A stretch of DNA of 64,000 nt from Chiloscyllium plagiosum. Lineage: Eukaryota. How positions within the stretch are numbered: position 1 is the first letter of the stretch; each line of letters starts with the position of its first letter. This document shows positions 12,435 to 24,160 of the stretch, one piece after another. The stretch is taken from the NCBI RefSeq assembly GCF_004010195.1, contig NC_057711.1, positions 71,088,797-71,152,796 of the forward strand, in the 5' to 3' direction. Position numbers and translations under genes: made by a program. The notes below the pieces were generated by a model. The model was not told the origin of the DNA. It saw only the letters and a list, made by a program, of their open reading frames with translations, and searched no databases.

Positions 12435-13509
12435 CTAAATCAGTTCAAAGTCATACCATTTGGTATGAAAAACGCTCCAGCCACATTTCAGAGACTGACT
12501 AATAAGGTCATTGCCAGATTACCCAACTGTGTGGCGTATATTGATGACCTGGTGATTTTTAGTCACTCATGGAAGGAACATTTACAGCATTTATTGGACT
12601 TGTTCAATCGACTTCAGAAGGCAGGCTTGGTGCTAAACCGAGCTAAACGTGGATTTGCCAAAGCCCATGTCACCTTCCTGGGCCATATTATTGTACATGG
12701 ATAAATGGCCTCATGAGATGTGAAAACAAAAGTAATTGGGGAATTTTCCACACCATCGACAAAAAAAAGGTACTACAGTTCCTGAGGTTGAGTGGATTTT
12801 ACCGAAAGTTTGTACTGAAATTTAGCAGTGTGGCTGCTCCACTCACTGAATTATTAAAAAAGGGCAAGAAGTTTCAGTGGACAGTGGACTGTCAAAAGGT
12901 ATTTGACAGCCTAAAAACTGTGTTAACCACTGCCCCAGTATTAGCCACACCGGATTACACGAAACCTTTCAAGGTGGCTATCGATGTCTGTGCAGTGCTC
13001 CTGCAGGATGATGATGAGGGAATAGAAAGACCCATCGGGTATTTTTTGCAGGAAGTTGAATGTTCATCAACAGAAATATTCAAAGATGGAGAAAAAGGCT
13101 TTAAGCTTGGTGTTGGCATTACAACATTTCAGTGTTTATATTACCAGCAATGCATCTGAGGCAATCCTAAAAAAACTGATCAGAACCCATTGACATTTCT
13201 GGAAATATTTAAGGACAAAAATGCCAGACTGTTTAGATGGAGTTTGTTGTTGCAGCCATTCAATTTGACAATTGTGCATGTGGCACGTCGCGAAAACGTG
13301 ATTGCCAATGCATTATTGAGACTCAAATATGATACGGAGGCTTTCAGTGGTGGGTGTGCCATGGCCTGAATTTGCATGTGGTTGTGTATGTTTGCATTTT
13401 TATAGTTAGCATAGTGTGTATATGTGTTTAGACTACTAACTGGGTTTTGAAGGGTTAAAAATAAAGCCATCTTTTGGTATTCATGTTTCTTTTTTTTAAA
13501 GGGGAGAGG

Positions 13510-13934
13510 TGTCACAAAGCTTGTCCTTTTTTTTCTAAAAGCTTTTCCTTCGCTCAAGGAGATTCTGGCCTTGGTTTTTTTTTCAGAGGGGCAATAAACT
13601 GGCCCGTCTCCAATTAGTCTGGTTTGCTACGGAGATGAAAAAGATTTTGAGAGGCCTTTTGTTGATAGGAGTGACCTGTATAAAGAGAGGGGAGTAGTCA
13701 GCTCTCTAGCTGACCTGAGATGAGCAGCATAATTAAGTCTACTTGCATAGGCTGAGTTCTGTAATTTTGTGTAATTTTGCGAATACATTTTTGTATGTTT
13801 TAAAATCAAGTAGTTAACCTAGCTATTTTAATCTGGGTAATTTTCACTGCACACTTAACCGAAACAAATTGCAAAGTTGCGTCTAGGACTACCTGCTTAA
13901 GAACATTTTGAGTGGTCTAGCCTAGTCCATAACA
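13510..13934 (+). repeat. 3' LTR of Gmr1-type element (internal deletions relative to the 5' LTR)
   Basis: Preceded by PPT aaaggggagagg; tgtcacaaagc...ccataaca; followed by TTAG. Confidence 0.9.
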
Positions 13935-14002
13935 TTAGACCAGGCTGAACATTGTAGTCATCAAATAGCAATTTTCTGAAGTTGATTTTTTTCCACTGGA
14001 CT

Positions 14003-14866
14003 AGTCATAGAATCATAGAGATGTACAGCATGGAAACAAACCCTTCGGTCCAACCCGTCCTTGCCGACCAGATATCCCAACCCAATTAGTCCCACCTGCC
14101 AGCATCCAACCCATATCCCTCCAAACCCTTTCTATTCATAAACCCATCCAAATGCCTCTTAAATGTTGCGGTTGTACCAGCCTCCATCACTTCATCTGGC
14201 AGCTCATTCTATAACCGTACCACCCTCTGCGTGAAAACATTGCCCCTTAGATCTCTTTTATATCTTTCCTCTCTCACCCTAAACCTGTAGCCTCTAGTTC
14301 TGGACTTCCTGACCCCAGGGAAAAGACTTTGCCTATTTATCCTCTCCATGCCCCTCATAATTTTATAAACCTCTATAAGGTCACCCCTCAGCCTCCGACG
14401 CTCCAGGGAAAACAGCCCCAGCCTATTCAGTCTCTCCCTATAGCACAAATCCTCCAACCCTGGCAACATCCTTGTAAATCTTCTCTGAACCCTTTCAAGT
14501 TTCACAACATCTTTCCGATAGGAAGGAGACCAGAATTGCACACAATATTCCACCAGTGGCCTAACCAATGTCCTGTACAGCCGCAAAATGACTTCTTGAC
14601 TCCTGTACTCAATATTCTGACCAATAAAGGATAGCATACCAAATGCTTTCTTCAATATCCTCTCTATCTGTGACTCCATTTTCAAGGAGCTTTGAACCTG
14701 CACTCCAAGGTCTCTTTGTTCAGCAACACTCCCTAGGACCTTACCATTAAGTGTATAAGTCCTGCTAAGATTTGCTTTCCCAAAATGCAGCATCTCGCAT
14801 TTATCTGAATTAAACTCCATCTGCCACTTCTCAGCCCATTGGCCCATCTGGTCAATGTCCTATTGT
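14003..14866 (-). mobile_element. CR1 LINE 3' fragment
   Basis: ORF 14209..14847 (WAEKWQMEFN, EYCVQFWSP, RGDLIEVYKIM); tail at ~14005. Confidence 0.93.
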
Positions 14867-15129
14867 ACATTACTTAAGATAAACATGTCCAAAGGAGATT
14901 CCTGAGTAAATGATCTCCTTTCATAAAACGATGATCATTCCATTTTCCCACCATGTTAGGTCAGAATGTAAAGAATAGAAAAAGTCATTCAACCTCTCAA
15001 GACCACTTGGTCCACTTCTTTGTAGATTTTATTTAATCCATTTAACATCCTATGAGGAAAGTTTTTTTTTAGAAAGCAAATATTCCATGGACGTCAAAGA
15101 TAATTAAACAATCGCCATAATCCATTCCA

Positions 15130-15320
15130 ATGAGAACATTGTGGAAGCCATAGTATATCTAAGACTGAGATAGATAGGTTCTGGATTGTCAAGGGGATCA
15201 AGAGTTACAGGGAAAAGTGGGAGAATGGGGTTGAGAAACTTATCAGTCTTATTTGCATGGCAGAGCAGACTCGATGAGCAGAATGGCCTAATTTCTGCTC
15301 CTATGTCTTATGGTCTTAAG
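15130..15320 (+). mobile_element. Short CR1 3' end
   Basis: aagactgagatagataggttc..aaggggatcaagagttacaggg..ctcgatgagcagaatggcct..ctcctatgtcttatgg. Confidence 0.65.
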
Positions 15321-15416
15321 CTGTCAATTGTTCAGATTAACAGACAGCTCTAAGTGATTAGAATCCTTGATAGTGATAAGATAGATATTCAATTCTGACA
15401 CTTCAACACTTGCAGA

Positions 15417-15854
15417 TGACCAAGAGTGTCTTGGATTGCAAAATGAATCCAAATGGTTCTTCGAATTTGGTTAAATGTATTTAAGACAAGACTCAACAAC
15501 ATAAATTTACTTAAATATGAACATTTATTAAGTCAATAAAAAGAATGAAAAGGAAAGGAAAAATAACCTGTCAGCCTCATGCCCTTCTGCCCATCAGAGA
15601 CCCCTTGATTAACGGCTGGACAGGAGGCTTGGGGTCATTCCTGGCACCATTGATGATCCTGGTCTGAGGTGAAATCCAACAACTCAAAATGAAACTCTGT
15701 CCTTTTTATAGTGTAACAAACAGCAAGTGCAGAGAAACAAGTACAGAAAAAACACATTGTGTGCCAACTTCGGCACATACAGGAACGTTCACAGGGCCCA
15801 TTCACGGTCATGCAGCTGTTGAATATCGTCAGTAATTTTAGCCCATCCTGTACA
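15417..15854 (-). repeat. ERV 3' LTR
   Basis: The minus strand begins TGTACAGGATGGGC and ends GGTCA; TATAAAAA at 15710-15703 and AATAAA at 15529-15524. Confidence 0.85.
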
Positions 15855-15884
15855 TTCCACCCCAATAATATTTGACAGCGCCTG

Positions 15885-16195
15885 TTACAATTGCAAATGT
15901 AGACGCAAATCAGCGACAGCCACACAATAATGTGTCTTAAGAGCACGCAACTTACACCAGAAAATTAAAACAACAATGAAAATAACCATCATCAATACAA
16001 ACAATACAATAGGGTGTGTCATCAAATTAATAACTGCAGTCGCCTTTGAGACTAATCCTTAAGTATATCTCACCCATTAAGGCTGCAATGGAATCAGTAA
16101 GTCATGTTAACATTAAGTTCCTGCTTCACCACATGCTTGTCTGCCTCTGATGGGATCAAAATTGAAAGGAGCCCACAGAAGATTAATGTTTTCAT
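15885..16195 (-). pseudogene. env remnant: signal peptide fused by deletion to the membrane anchor
   Basis: MKTLIFCGLLSILIPSEA.. followed, across a stop and frameshift, by ..GLVSKATAVINLMTHPIVLFVLMMVIFIVVLIFWCKLR..*. Confidence 0.7.
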
Positions 16196-16330
16196 GCTTC
16201 CTCTAATAGCAGTAATATCCTTAATTACAGTTGCCATGCAACAGCATCATGTATTTACATGCGACCTTAATCTATTCCAGCTCCCATCCAGGGGTCGAGG
16301 ATCCTGTTCCTGCTGAGGGGCCCATAAAAC

Positions 16331-16366
16331 CTGCAAGAGGGAGAGAGAAGAGAGACAGAGTGTCAG
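16331..16366 (-). promoter_or_regulatory. Candidate env splice acceptor
   Basis: The minus strand reads CTGAC (branch site), a long pyrimidine tract, then GCAG|G, ~135 nt upstream of the env ATG. Confidence 0.6.
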
Positions 16367-16419
16367 GTTGGCTGGCTGTTAGTCAATTCACTTTTGTTCT
16401 GGTGTTTGGATTTTTTTGT

Positions 16420-17315
16420 GCACTTTAATTTTAATCAATGCTACCAGGGCCTTACATTGACTTGTACTATCACTCGAGGTAATATAGCATCATCTTCCCC
16501 ATGCTGGCATGTAGTCATGGACCACACCAAAGGTGTTTCTACTGTTTGTGTAAATGTTAACTATTTGTCCTTTTCTGAGCTGGAGGGTGGCAGTAAATGC
16601 TTTTAGTTTGGCAAGTGGGTGGAATGACATCCTGCTATCCTCTCTCCTGCCAAAAGTCCTCCTTTCAAATTGACTACCCTATCATTCTACTTCCACCTCC
16701 CATCTACAAACATGCATTTCACTCCTGACCCCTTTAATGGCTCTTCCTGAACTCGACCCTGTCTCTCTTCTTCCTGCTCCATGAGGGGGATACGATCATA
16801 TGTCTCCTTCCTGGTTCACTTAGCTTATTGGGTTTTTGCTATTGTTTTTAACAACTTCCTCATGCTTATGTCTTGGCAACAGTACGGCTTCCCATTTGTC
16901 CGTAACACCTCTCAGTTTGCCAGCTTCCAATAGCTGGATTATACTATGTTGGGAGCGTAATATCATCTTCCCCAGTTGTGTCAAGGGGGAGGATGTCATT
17001 AGTGCCTATAGCACATTGGGTGGCCCAAGCACACGAGTGTTGTCCCATCATGACCGGATCCATTTTGCCTGAGTAGTATCCCACAGGCTGGAGCTTGTCT
17101 CCCTGTCTCTGTAGCACTCCTGCAGACTGATTGCTCTTGCCTTCACTGCAAAAGAGGTAAAAGGGCCTTTTCAGGCCAGGGAGTCCTAGTGCTGGTGCAG
17201 AGGTCAGTGTCTGTTTGATTTTGACAAAGGACACCTCTTGCTCAGGTCCCCAATCAATTTTCTTTGAGCTAGCTCGCCAACTCCACCCTCCCCTCCAACT
17301 CCCACCAGTTACCAT
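16420..17315 (-). pseudogene. Retroviral pol remnant: connection/tether + RNase H
   Basis: LTSAPALGLP..PFYLF..PVGYYSGKMDPV (tether), then MFVDG (~16715-16700) and VNIYTNSRNTFGVVHDY..W (16560-16500). Confidence 0.8.
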
Positions 17316-18810
17316 AATTTGCTCTAAAATTCAGAGTATTCCAGATTGAGGTTCCTTAATTTGTGTTTTTTTTTAATCCTCTAGTTCCCTATCCACAGAT
17401 CACCTCACCCAGTAATGGTAAATTAACATCATACATGGACTCAAGATTTCTCCACCTTTCTTCATTGGTATTCATCTCAAGGATGCTTCTTCAATATGTT
17501 TCCTTTCTTGCCAATTTTATGAAAGATTCTAACATTAAATGGTAACTACCTCCATATGCAAGTACCCCCTTTGAGCTACAGTATACAAGGTTCCAAACGA
17601 TAGCTTTAACATCCATCAGGCTTTACTTTCAGCTAATGCTTCCAGCCTTTTATTTTCCCTGGTGTTCCTTTACTACAGACTCCGACACCACTTGAGTCTT
17701 AGCTCAGCCTTCTTTCACATACACTAAATATCCTAATTTCAGCTATTGGTTTAAACACTGGAGAACATACATCATACAAATGCTCAAATACAAATGGTAT
17801 CTGTCTGTCATCCGATGGGCCCTTTCACTCAGTCCATTATTACTCATCCCAGAGTCTATTTCCTTTCATTTCTGTAACATTTTGACATAATAGCCAATCA
17901 CAATTCTTAGTTTGATTGTAAATTTTTTACATCTCTTTCACTAATACTACTTAATTGTTTTGCAGTCTATGGATTAGGTGTCAATGTCTTTTTGTTTAAA
18001 CATTGCTTTTGTGCTCTTCAAGCCACTAATCCTTTTGTCAAGTAGATGTACATGCCTGAGACCTGCTCATCAGTTCATTTTTTTTAACCATGTATCCACT
18101 CATGTTTGTTACCTCCGAGGTAAGATTTTGCATGCTTACATCAGTAGCCCAAGACCATATCATGCATTCTTGACTCCCATATGATCTTATCAAATGATCT
18201 ATGAAGTTTTGTTTATCTTTCCACGTATGGTCCCGATGCCTTGGCTTGATCACCAATTCAGTCTTACTTGAAAAGAAAGACAAGGACACAGTATCACCAA
18301 GAGAAAGCTATCAGTTTGGTGCTCTCAACTGAACTTCCTTCTCACCAAAATGTATTTGAGCTTCAGTTGCTGTTTCAACATTTTATTCTAATTTTTTTGT
18401 CTTCTGCCATCAGTCTTCACCCTTAATTATGTCATCTCATCCAAATTTGCAAGTTAACTACTACCATCTATCTATTTGCAGAGATCTGGAGAGATTTGTA
18501 GTCTATGGAACATAATCTTATAATATTTTAAAACAGATGTGAAACATTTCTGTTTGATTCAGGAAAAACATACTTTCACTTGTTCTTTCTCTAAGATGAC
18601 CCTTTTTTTAACAGTTACATGATAACTCACTCAAGATATTTGATATAACGCTGTAAATTTGTCCAATTCAATATTCTGTTTAATCCCTCAAAGTCACTAA
18701 TCTTTCTTTAAGCATTGAAACCATGGAGACTATGTGCACAAACTTTATCATTTCGTATGGAAGGTCTCTGGAGCATCAGGTTGCTTTTCCCTTTTCTTCC
18801 ATATTTCCAT

Positions 18811-18830
18811 GAATCCCATCCTCATTGTCA
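18811..18830 (-). promoter_or_regulatory. Primer-binding site, tRNA-Ser(GCU)
   Basis: The plus strand gaatcccatcctcattgtca matches the tRNA-Ser 3' end gaatcccatcctcgtcgcca at 17/20 positions, 4 nt from the LTR edge. Confidence 0.8.
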
Positions 18831-18834
18831 AAAA

Positions 18835-19238
18835 TGACCTGGATCACAAAGTGCATCCAAGAGGTTCTTCAGGTTCGGTTAAATATAGTTAAGAGAAGAC
18901 TTGACAACACAAATTTACTTAAACATGAACGTTTATTAAGTAAATAAAAAGAAAGAAAAAAAGAAACAATGAGCCTCGCACCCTATTGTCCATTGGGTCC
19001 CCTCAATTGACACTTGGTCAGGAAGCTTGGGCTCGTTCCTGACACCTTTCGCAATCCTAGGTGGAGGTGAAGTCCAATGACTCGGAACAAAACTGTCTCT
19101 TATACAGTGTAACAAACAGCAAGTACAGAAAAAACACTTTGACTGTGCCATTCTTGGCTCATACAGGAATGTTCACAGGACCCATTCAAGGTCAGGGAGC
19201 TGTCGAATATCATCTGCAATTTTAGCCCATCCTGTACA
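18835..19238 (-). repeat. ERV 5' LTR
   Basis: Diverged direct repeat of 15417-15854 (aaatttacttaaa.atgaac.tttattaagt; ttttagcccatcctgtaca). Confidence 0.85.
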
Positions 19239-20479
19239 AAAAGATACAAGTATCTTTGACAAACCATGCTTGTCTTCTTCCTAACAGAAGAATCTCCTGT
19301 AACCTGAAGTTGCAGCTTGTGCAGAAGTAATGAGAGATATTTTGAATTCAATCCTTAGCTTGATCAAACACACACAACCTTCAGCAGCAGTGCCCAAAAA
19401 GTGCAGAAATGGAATATAATTTCTGCAATTTGCTAATTTGAGGCCATGTTCACAAAATTAACAAACTATCATTCTATAGAAATATGACTAAAATTGTGAA
19501 AATAATTTTACTTCATTGTAAGCCTATAAACATGATCTTGATACTCATAGCACCCAACATCACTAATTTTGTATTCATCGGATGTGCCATTCCAAATTTG
19601 TGGGTGAATCTGATCCTGCACATTAAATTTTCTTTATGTTGTTCGTTGTGAGAGATGTTGAAATACATTATGGTAACATTGAAGAGTTTCATGCCCATAG
19701 AGTGTTGACTGAAGATTTCTCTTTTGGTTCGTTGTGTTAGCCAGAGCCAAGACAATAGAAATCTGTAAAATACTGCATTACTTCTTCCTCCATATTGAAG
19801 TATGCTATTTTGCTGATAGATACTATAAAGGAATTATTATAATTAGAGAAATGTGAATGTAGCACTAACATGCAGGTATAGCCTAAGAAATAATTAATAA
19901 AGAAGAGCAGAATTAACAATTTTTAAAAAATGCTTCTTCTTCCAAGCACTAAATATAATCAAAAGGGAGAGAGTTCCATAGCACAATGTCGTTGACCCCT
20001 GGCAGTTGCTTTTAGATTTCTGAAGTTTTCCCCAAAAGTAAGCAGACTACCTGCATCTGCAGTCAAATGAAAGTCGTTCAAATGAAGTCCACTGTCTCAT
20101 TTTGCATTTTTTTGTTCAGCTGATCAGTGATTTGGAGAGATATCCAGAGGGAACATAAACAAGCAGATGGCAATTAAAGATTCTTTTACAGGTGGAAGCT
20201 CAACCAGAGATCTGCAAGTGCCATTTTGGCTGTTGTTCTTTGATCACACTAACTGCTGCAGCTACAGGCAAATCTTTGCCCTGATGCTATTTTAAAGAAA
20301 GGCAAATAAGAATTGCCCATATGGACAATGGACCTGCCAACATTTTTAAAGCTCCCTCCATAACTTCCAAGGTGGCGGTAACAGGGTAGGTCGGAAGTGT
20401 TTGGGCTCTTGATCACCAGACCTGCTGTATCCCTTTTTTAAATAATTTCTTTTTCACTTATTTATGCTTAACATCAAAA

Positions 20480-20835
20480 CTCATCTTAAGTGCATTGTCT
20501 GAGCTGAGATGTCACCCTTTTTTAAAATAAAACCTTAAGAATGTGACCTGAAAGAAGTTCTGGGATTTAAATATTAACGAATCTAAACATGCAACCCATT
20601 CTAAGTGATTAAAGACTTAACAGCAATCTAGGTTTGTTCACTACATTGCGTTAGTTGTATGGCACTTTGATATTTTATGATAAATTTTGTGTCCTATGAT
20701 CCTGCCCCACGAGCTATCTGATGAAGGAGCAGCACTCCAAAAGCTAGCATTTCCAAATAAATCTGTTGGACTATAACCTGGTGTTGTATGATTTTTAACT
20801 GTGTCTCCCCACCCCAGTCCAACACCAGCACATCA
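20480..20835 (+). mobile_element. Penelope-like 3' end (second family) with degenerate hammerhead motif
   Basis: ctgatgaaggagcagcactccaaaagcta at ~20718-20746, followed by tccaaataaa.ctgttggactataacctggtgttgt. Confidence 0.6.
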
Positions 20836-20973
20836 TATCTTTGGATTGTGGGAGGAAACACACAGACATGGGGAGAACTTGTAAACACTACACAGTCGCC
20901 TAAGGCTGGAATCGAACCTGGGTCCCTGGCACTATCAGGCAACAGTACTAACCACTGAGCTACCATGCTGCCT
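20836..20973 (-). mobile_element. HE1-like SINE, 5' part
   Basis: The reverse complement gives ggcagcatggtagctcagtggttag (A box) ..ggttcgattcc (B box). Confidence 0.85.
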
Positions 20974-22149
20974 CAAAATTCCAACATCTATTCAATTATG
21001 AAGTGTATGTCCTCGATTCTAAATGTTTTCTTAGCACAGTGTGGCAGCTATTGTGCAACGAAATTTAAAGTCCTTAAAATCACTGTCACTAAGTGATTTG
21101 TACGCAAATCATAAGCATCATTCCACACTGTCATTTTCATGTTTTAACTTATTAAATTGGTAAGGTGACTGAAAATCACGCTGCTTTACTACCTAAATGT
21201 TAGATTTGTCATCAATTATAAGGACCCAGTAGTGACAACTTAGGTGATTCATGCTCGATCATTAAAGAAACAGTATTTAATTTTATCCATTATGCTAGTG
21301 AACGTCTCAAATTTTGAGAGGATTGAAGGGGTAGATTTATGGTGATTTGTTATTTTTGTTGCTCTGAAATCAACCACAACTTCATGGTGTCAGCACGTGA
21401 CGTTTGTCATTGAAATCCTGATTTTGTGCTGTCACCTAGGTTCCTAAAACCCCCAACCTCCCACCCTCATGCCCCAACATGGTCCCATCCCAATCAAGCA
21501 TTATGCCCTCAGCCTCACTGAAATGAGCAAGAATCTTCAGTTTTCTGCTCTTACGTTTTTGCTTGAAACTCCATTAAAAAACTACATTTTGTTCAAACTG
21601 ATTTAGCTGAGTTTTTAACAGAGGTGTGACGAATAAACTACGATGAAGAAGGCATCTGGCCCTGAAAAACAAATGTTATATTTGTAGAGCTGCTTAAATG
21701 AAAGGAAAAGAAAGACTTGCATCACTATCGCACTTTTCACATTCACAGGACCGCTCATATATAAATATATTTTAAACATAACTCAGAATATTCTAGCTTC
21801 CACTTTTCACCCCATGTGTACATCCCAAGTTTGATTTGTTCTATATAAAAACATGAGAGGTGATTTCATTTTGAAGGCTTTGCCTTCTTAATTGTAACGA
21901 CTGGCAGTAGATGGGGTGGTGTCGGGGAGCTGTGAATATTGTTTACTATGATTGGCAGTTGGTGCAACCTTATGACATCCCTCTAGTTCTATGCTGTGGA
22001 TGCCCAGTTGTGAAAAATGCAATTTGTTACAGGATCATGGCAGAGCTAAGGAGGCAACATTTCTCTCCAAGGGCATCACTTGATCTCTCAGCAGGAAATA
22101 GCCTTGCTGCACCTCTGACTGTAAACCCGTGAGCCAAACTCTGGTTTTC

Positions 22150-22272
22150 AGTTCACCAGACTTGAAATGTTCACTCTGTTTTCTCTCCACAGATGCTGCC
22201 AGATCTGATGAAATCCAGAAATTTCCATTTTGCATGTTGTAGATTTCTACAGTTCTTTGTTTTATTATTCCA
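22150..22272 (+). mobile_element. Penelope-like 3' remnant
   Basis: gacttgaaatgttcactctgttttctctccacagatgctgccaga is the same family as 34540 and 51810. Confidence 0.6.
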
Positions 22273-22720
22273 GTTTTCAGTAATTTTCAGAAGAATAAAT
22301 AGGTTGAACAGAATTAATTGTAGAGTTCATGAATATTGACCCAGAAATTGGAAATGGTCTACTTTCAGGCTCATAATCAATGGTGTGTTGCCAAATAGAC
22401 ATTTTTTTATCCCAACTAGGAGTGCCTAAGGTTGGCCTGAAGTTAAACCTTGGGCTTAATTTACATTTTCTGCATAAGTTGTCAGTGCCTGTAGCATCTC
22501 TCCAAGTAACTTGCCTATTTTACACTCCTGAATATCAGCCATCTTGTGTGGTCCTGGCCTAATCATGGAGTTCTTGTCAGGCCTTGCAAGAGGTATATAT
22601 CCTTCATTTGCACTCTGTAAGCTTGGTGGAAAAGAGGAGAAAAGGCAAGATTGAAAACATCCTATGAACAGATTTCTTGTGACCTCTGACGTCAAAAAGA
22701 ACTGTAAATAGCCTTGGTAG

Positions 22721-23512
22721 TGTTGTGGAGAAAATATAGAGAACCACCAGGAGATGCAGAGAGTTCTTCAAGAAGTAGGTCTTTTATTTGTAAACAAAAA
22801 ACCGTGACACCAAGAAAGCAGATTCTCGAATGCCCATGAACCTCAGGGTCTGTGGATTTTTTTTATCATGTTTCTGTTAACTTATCAGCATGTCCAACTA
22901 TATTAATCAAAGTACCTCACTATAGCTACACAATAAACCAATGATCTTAGTTCCCATTATCTCTTTAGTTGTACATTCTACTTAATATTATTCTAATGCC
23001 ACAGTTAGATATTTATTGCTAACTGTGCTACAGTGATCTTCAATTCCAGACTAACCTGTCATGATAGATATTTAGCTGTTCCATCTGTTACAATAGTCTC
23101 CTGTCTCAAGCTGACTCTACTATTAATTAAATAATTTAATGTCACGTCCCACATATTTATTGTCCCAATCCTGTCATAATAACACTTAACAGAGAAACTT
23201 GCTTTATTACTTGTGTTATCTCATCTCGCCATAGCAAGCTGACTCTACTAACTATTAATTAGATATTTTAATGTCATGTCACCAATATTTATTGTCCCAA
23301 TTCTGTCATAATAACACTTAACAGAGAAACTTGCTGTACTACTTGTGTTATCTCATCTCGCCATAGTGACCTTTCAGCCTTAACCTTACTCTGCTAATTG
23401 GTGTAAGAATGTTCCACTATGGTTATCTCATCCTGTCTTCCCCAGAACACAGATTACCAGTGGTCTTCATGCTTTAACCCTTCCCACGCTTTCATGTTCT
23501 TTATTTTCCATA
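22721..23512 (-). mobile_element. Solo LTR (~790 bp) with GTAG TSD and internal ~130-bp tandem duplication
   Basis: gtag|tgttgtggagaaaata ... tattttccata|gtag; AATAAA on the minus strand at ~22788; duplication 23108-23234 / 23235-23366. Confidence 0.65.
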
Positions 23513-23564
23513 GTAGCCATATACTGGCTCTATAAACACATGCACCAGATTGAGGTTACGTATG

Positions 23565-24160
23565 AAAATAGAATGAGGAACATGGATAGGGGATTCAGTC
23601 TGATCTGCCGTGCAATAAGATCGTGGCTGATGTAATTGCAGCCTCAATTTCACTTTCTCGCCTATCCCTGTTACCCTTTGTATTGGACAAGATTCATCTA
23701 CCTCTGCCTTAAAAATATTCAGCGACCAATTCTCTAGTGAACTTTCAGGAAGGGAGTTCTACAGATTCACCACCCTGACAAAGCAATAAAAAAACTCCTC
23801 ATATCCTGCTTAAGTAAGTGACCCTTTATTTTTAAACCATGCTCCCGAGCTCTAGGCTCTCGTACAAAAGGAAACATCATTTCACCATCCACTCTGTCAT
23901 GTCCCCAGTGGATTTTATATATTTCAATAAATCGCCTCTAATTCTTTGCAGTTTCAGTCATTCTAGGCACAAATTGTCCAGTGGCCTTCAAAAGTAACCT
24001 CTTCATTCCAAGAATCAATCAAGATAATCTTTTTCAGAACTGCTCCTAATGCAATGGCGTCCATTTTTAAATGCTGAGATGAAAGTGTACATAGTTTTTG
24101 CCATAAACTTATCATACCAAAGTGAAGAAATCTTTTCGTCCAGTTTATCAAATGCATGGG
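23565..24160 (-). mobile_element. Old CR1 3' fragment
   Basis: Degenerate CR1 3' UTR and RT C-terminus (caataagatcgtggctgat.., cacagattcaccaccct.., aaggaaacatc). Confidence 0.65.

Larger units (their letters stand above)
11830..13330 (+). pseudogene. Reverse transcriptase + RNase H of Gmr1-type element (frameshifted, interrupted at 12207-12440)
   Basis: SSPIVMVPKPDG, CVDYRKVN, GYWQVPL, MKNAPATFQR, AYIDDL, FLGH, APVLATPDYTKPF, and RWSLLLQ near 13240. Confidence 0.9.
7176..13934 (+). mobile_element. Full-length decayed Gmr1-type Ty3/Gypsy LTR retrotransposon (gag-PR-IN-RT-RH)
   Basis: TG..CA LTRs at 7176-7822 and 13510-13934, TSD TTAG at 7172-7175 and 13935-13938, PBS, PPT, gag CCHC, and integrase located before RT/RNase H. 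Confidence 0.93.
15417..19238 (-). mobile_element. Internally deleted endogenous retrovirus (LTR-PBS-gag-tether-RNase H-env remnant-PPT-LTR)
   Basis: Direct repeats at 15417-15854 and 18835-19238; tRNA-Ser PBS; tether ORF 16944..17315; retroviral RNase H motifs; env signal peptide and TM; PPT tggggtggaa. Confidence 0.85.

Noticed and set aside
19513..19830. Minus-strand open frame (LSWL..SQ..LFNVT..FN..MCRI.F.H) superficially like the second half of a B7/CD80 IgC domain
   Set aside because: No first Ig cysteine in frame, no convincing splice donor, and it ends in a stop. The resemblance is by eye only; an HMM search would be needed.
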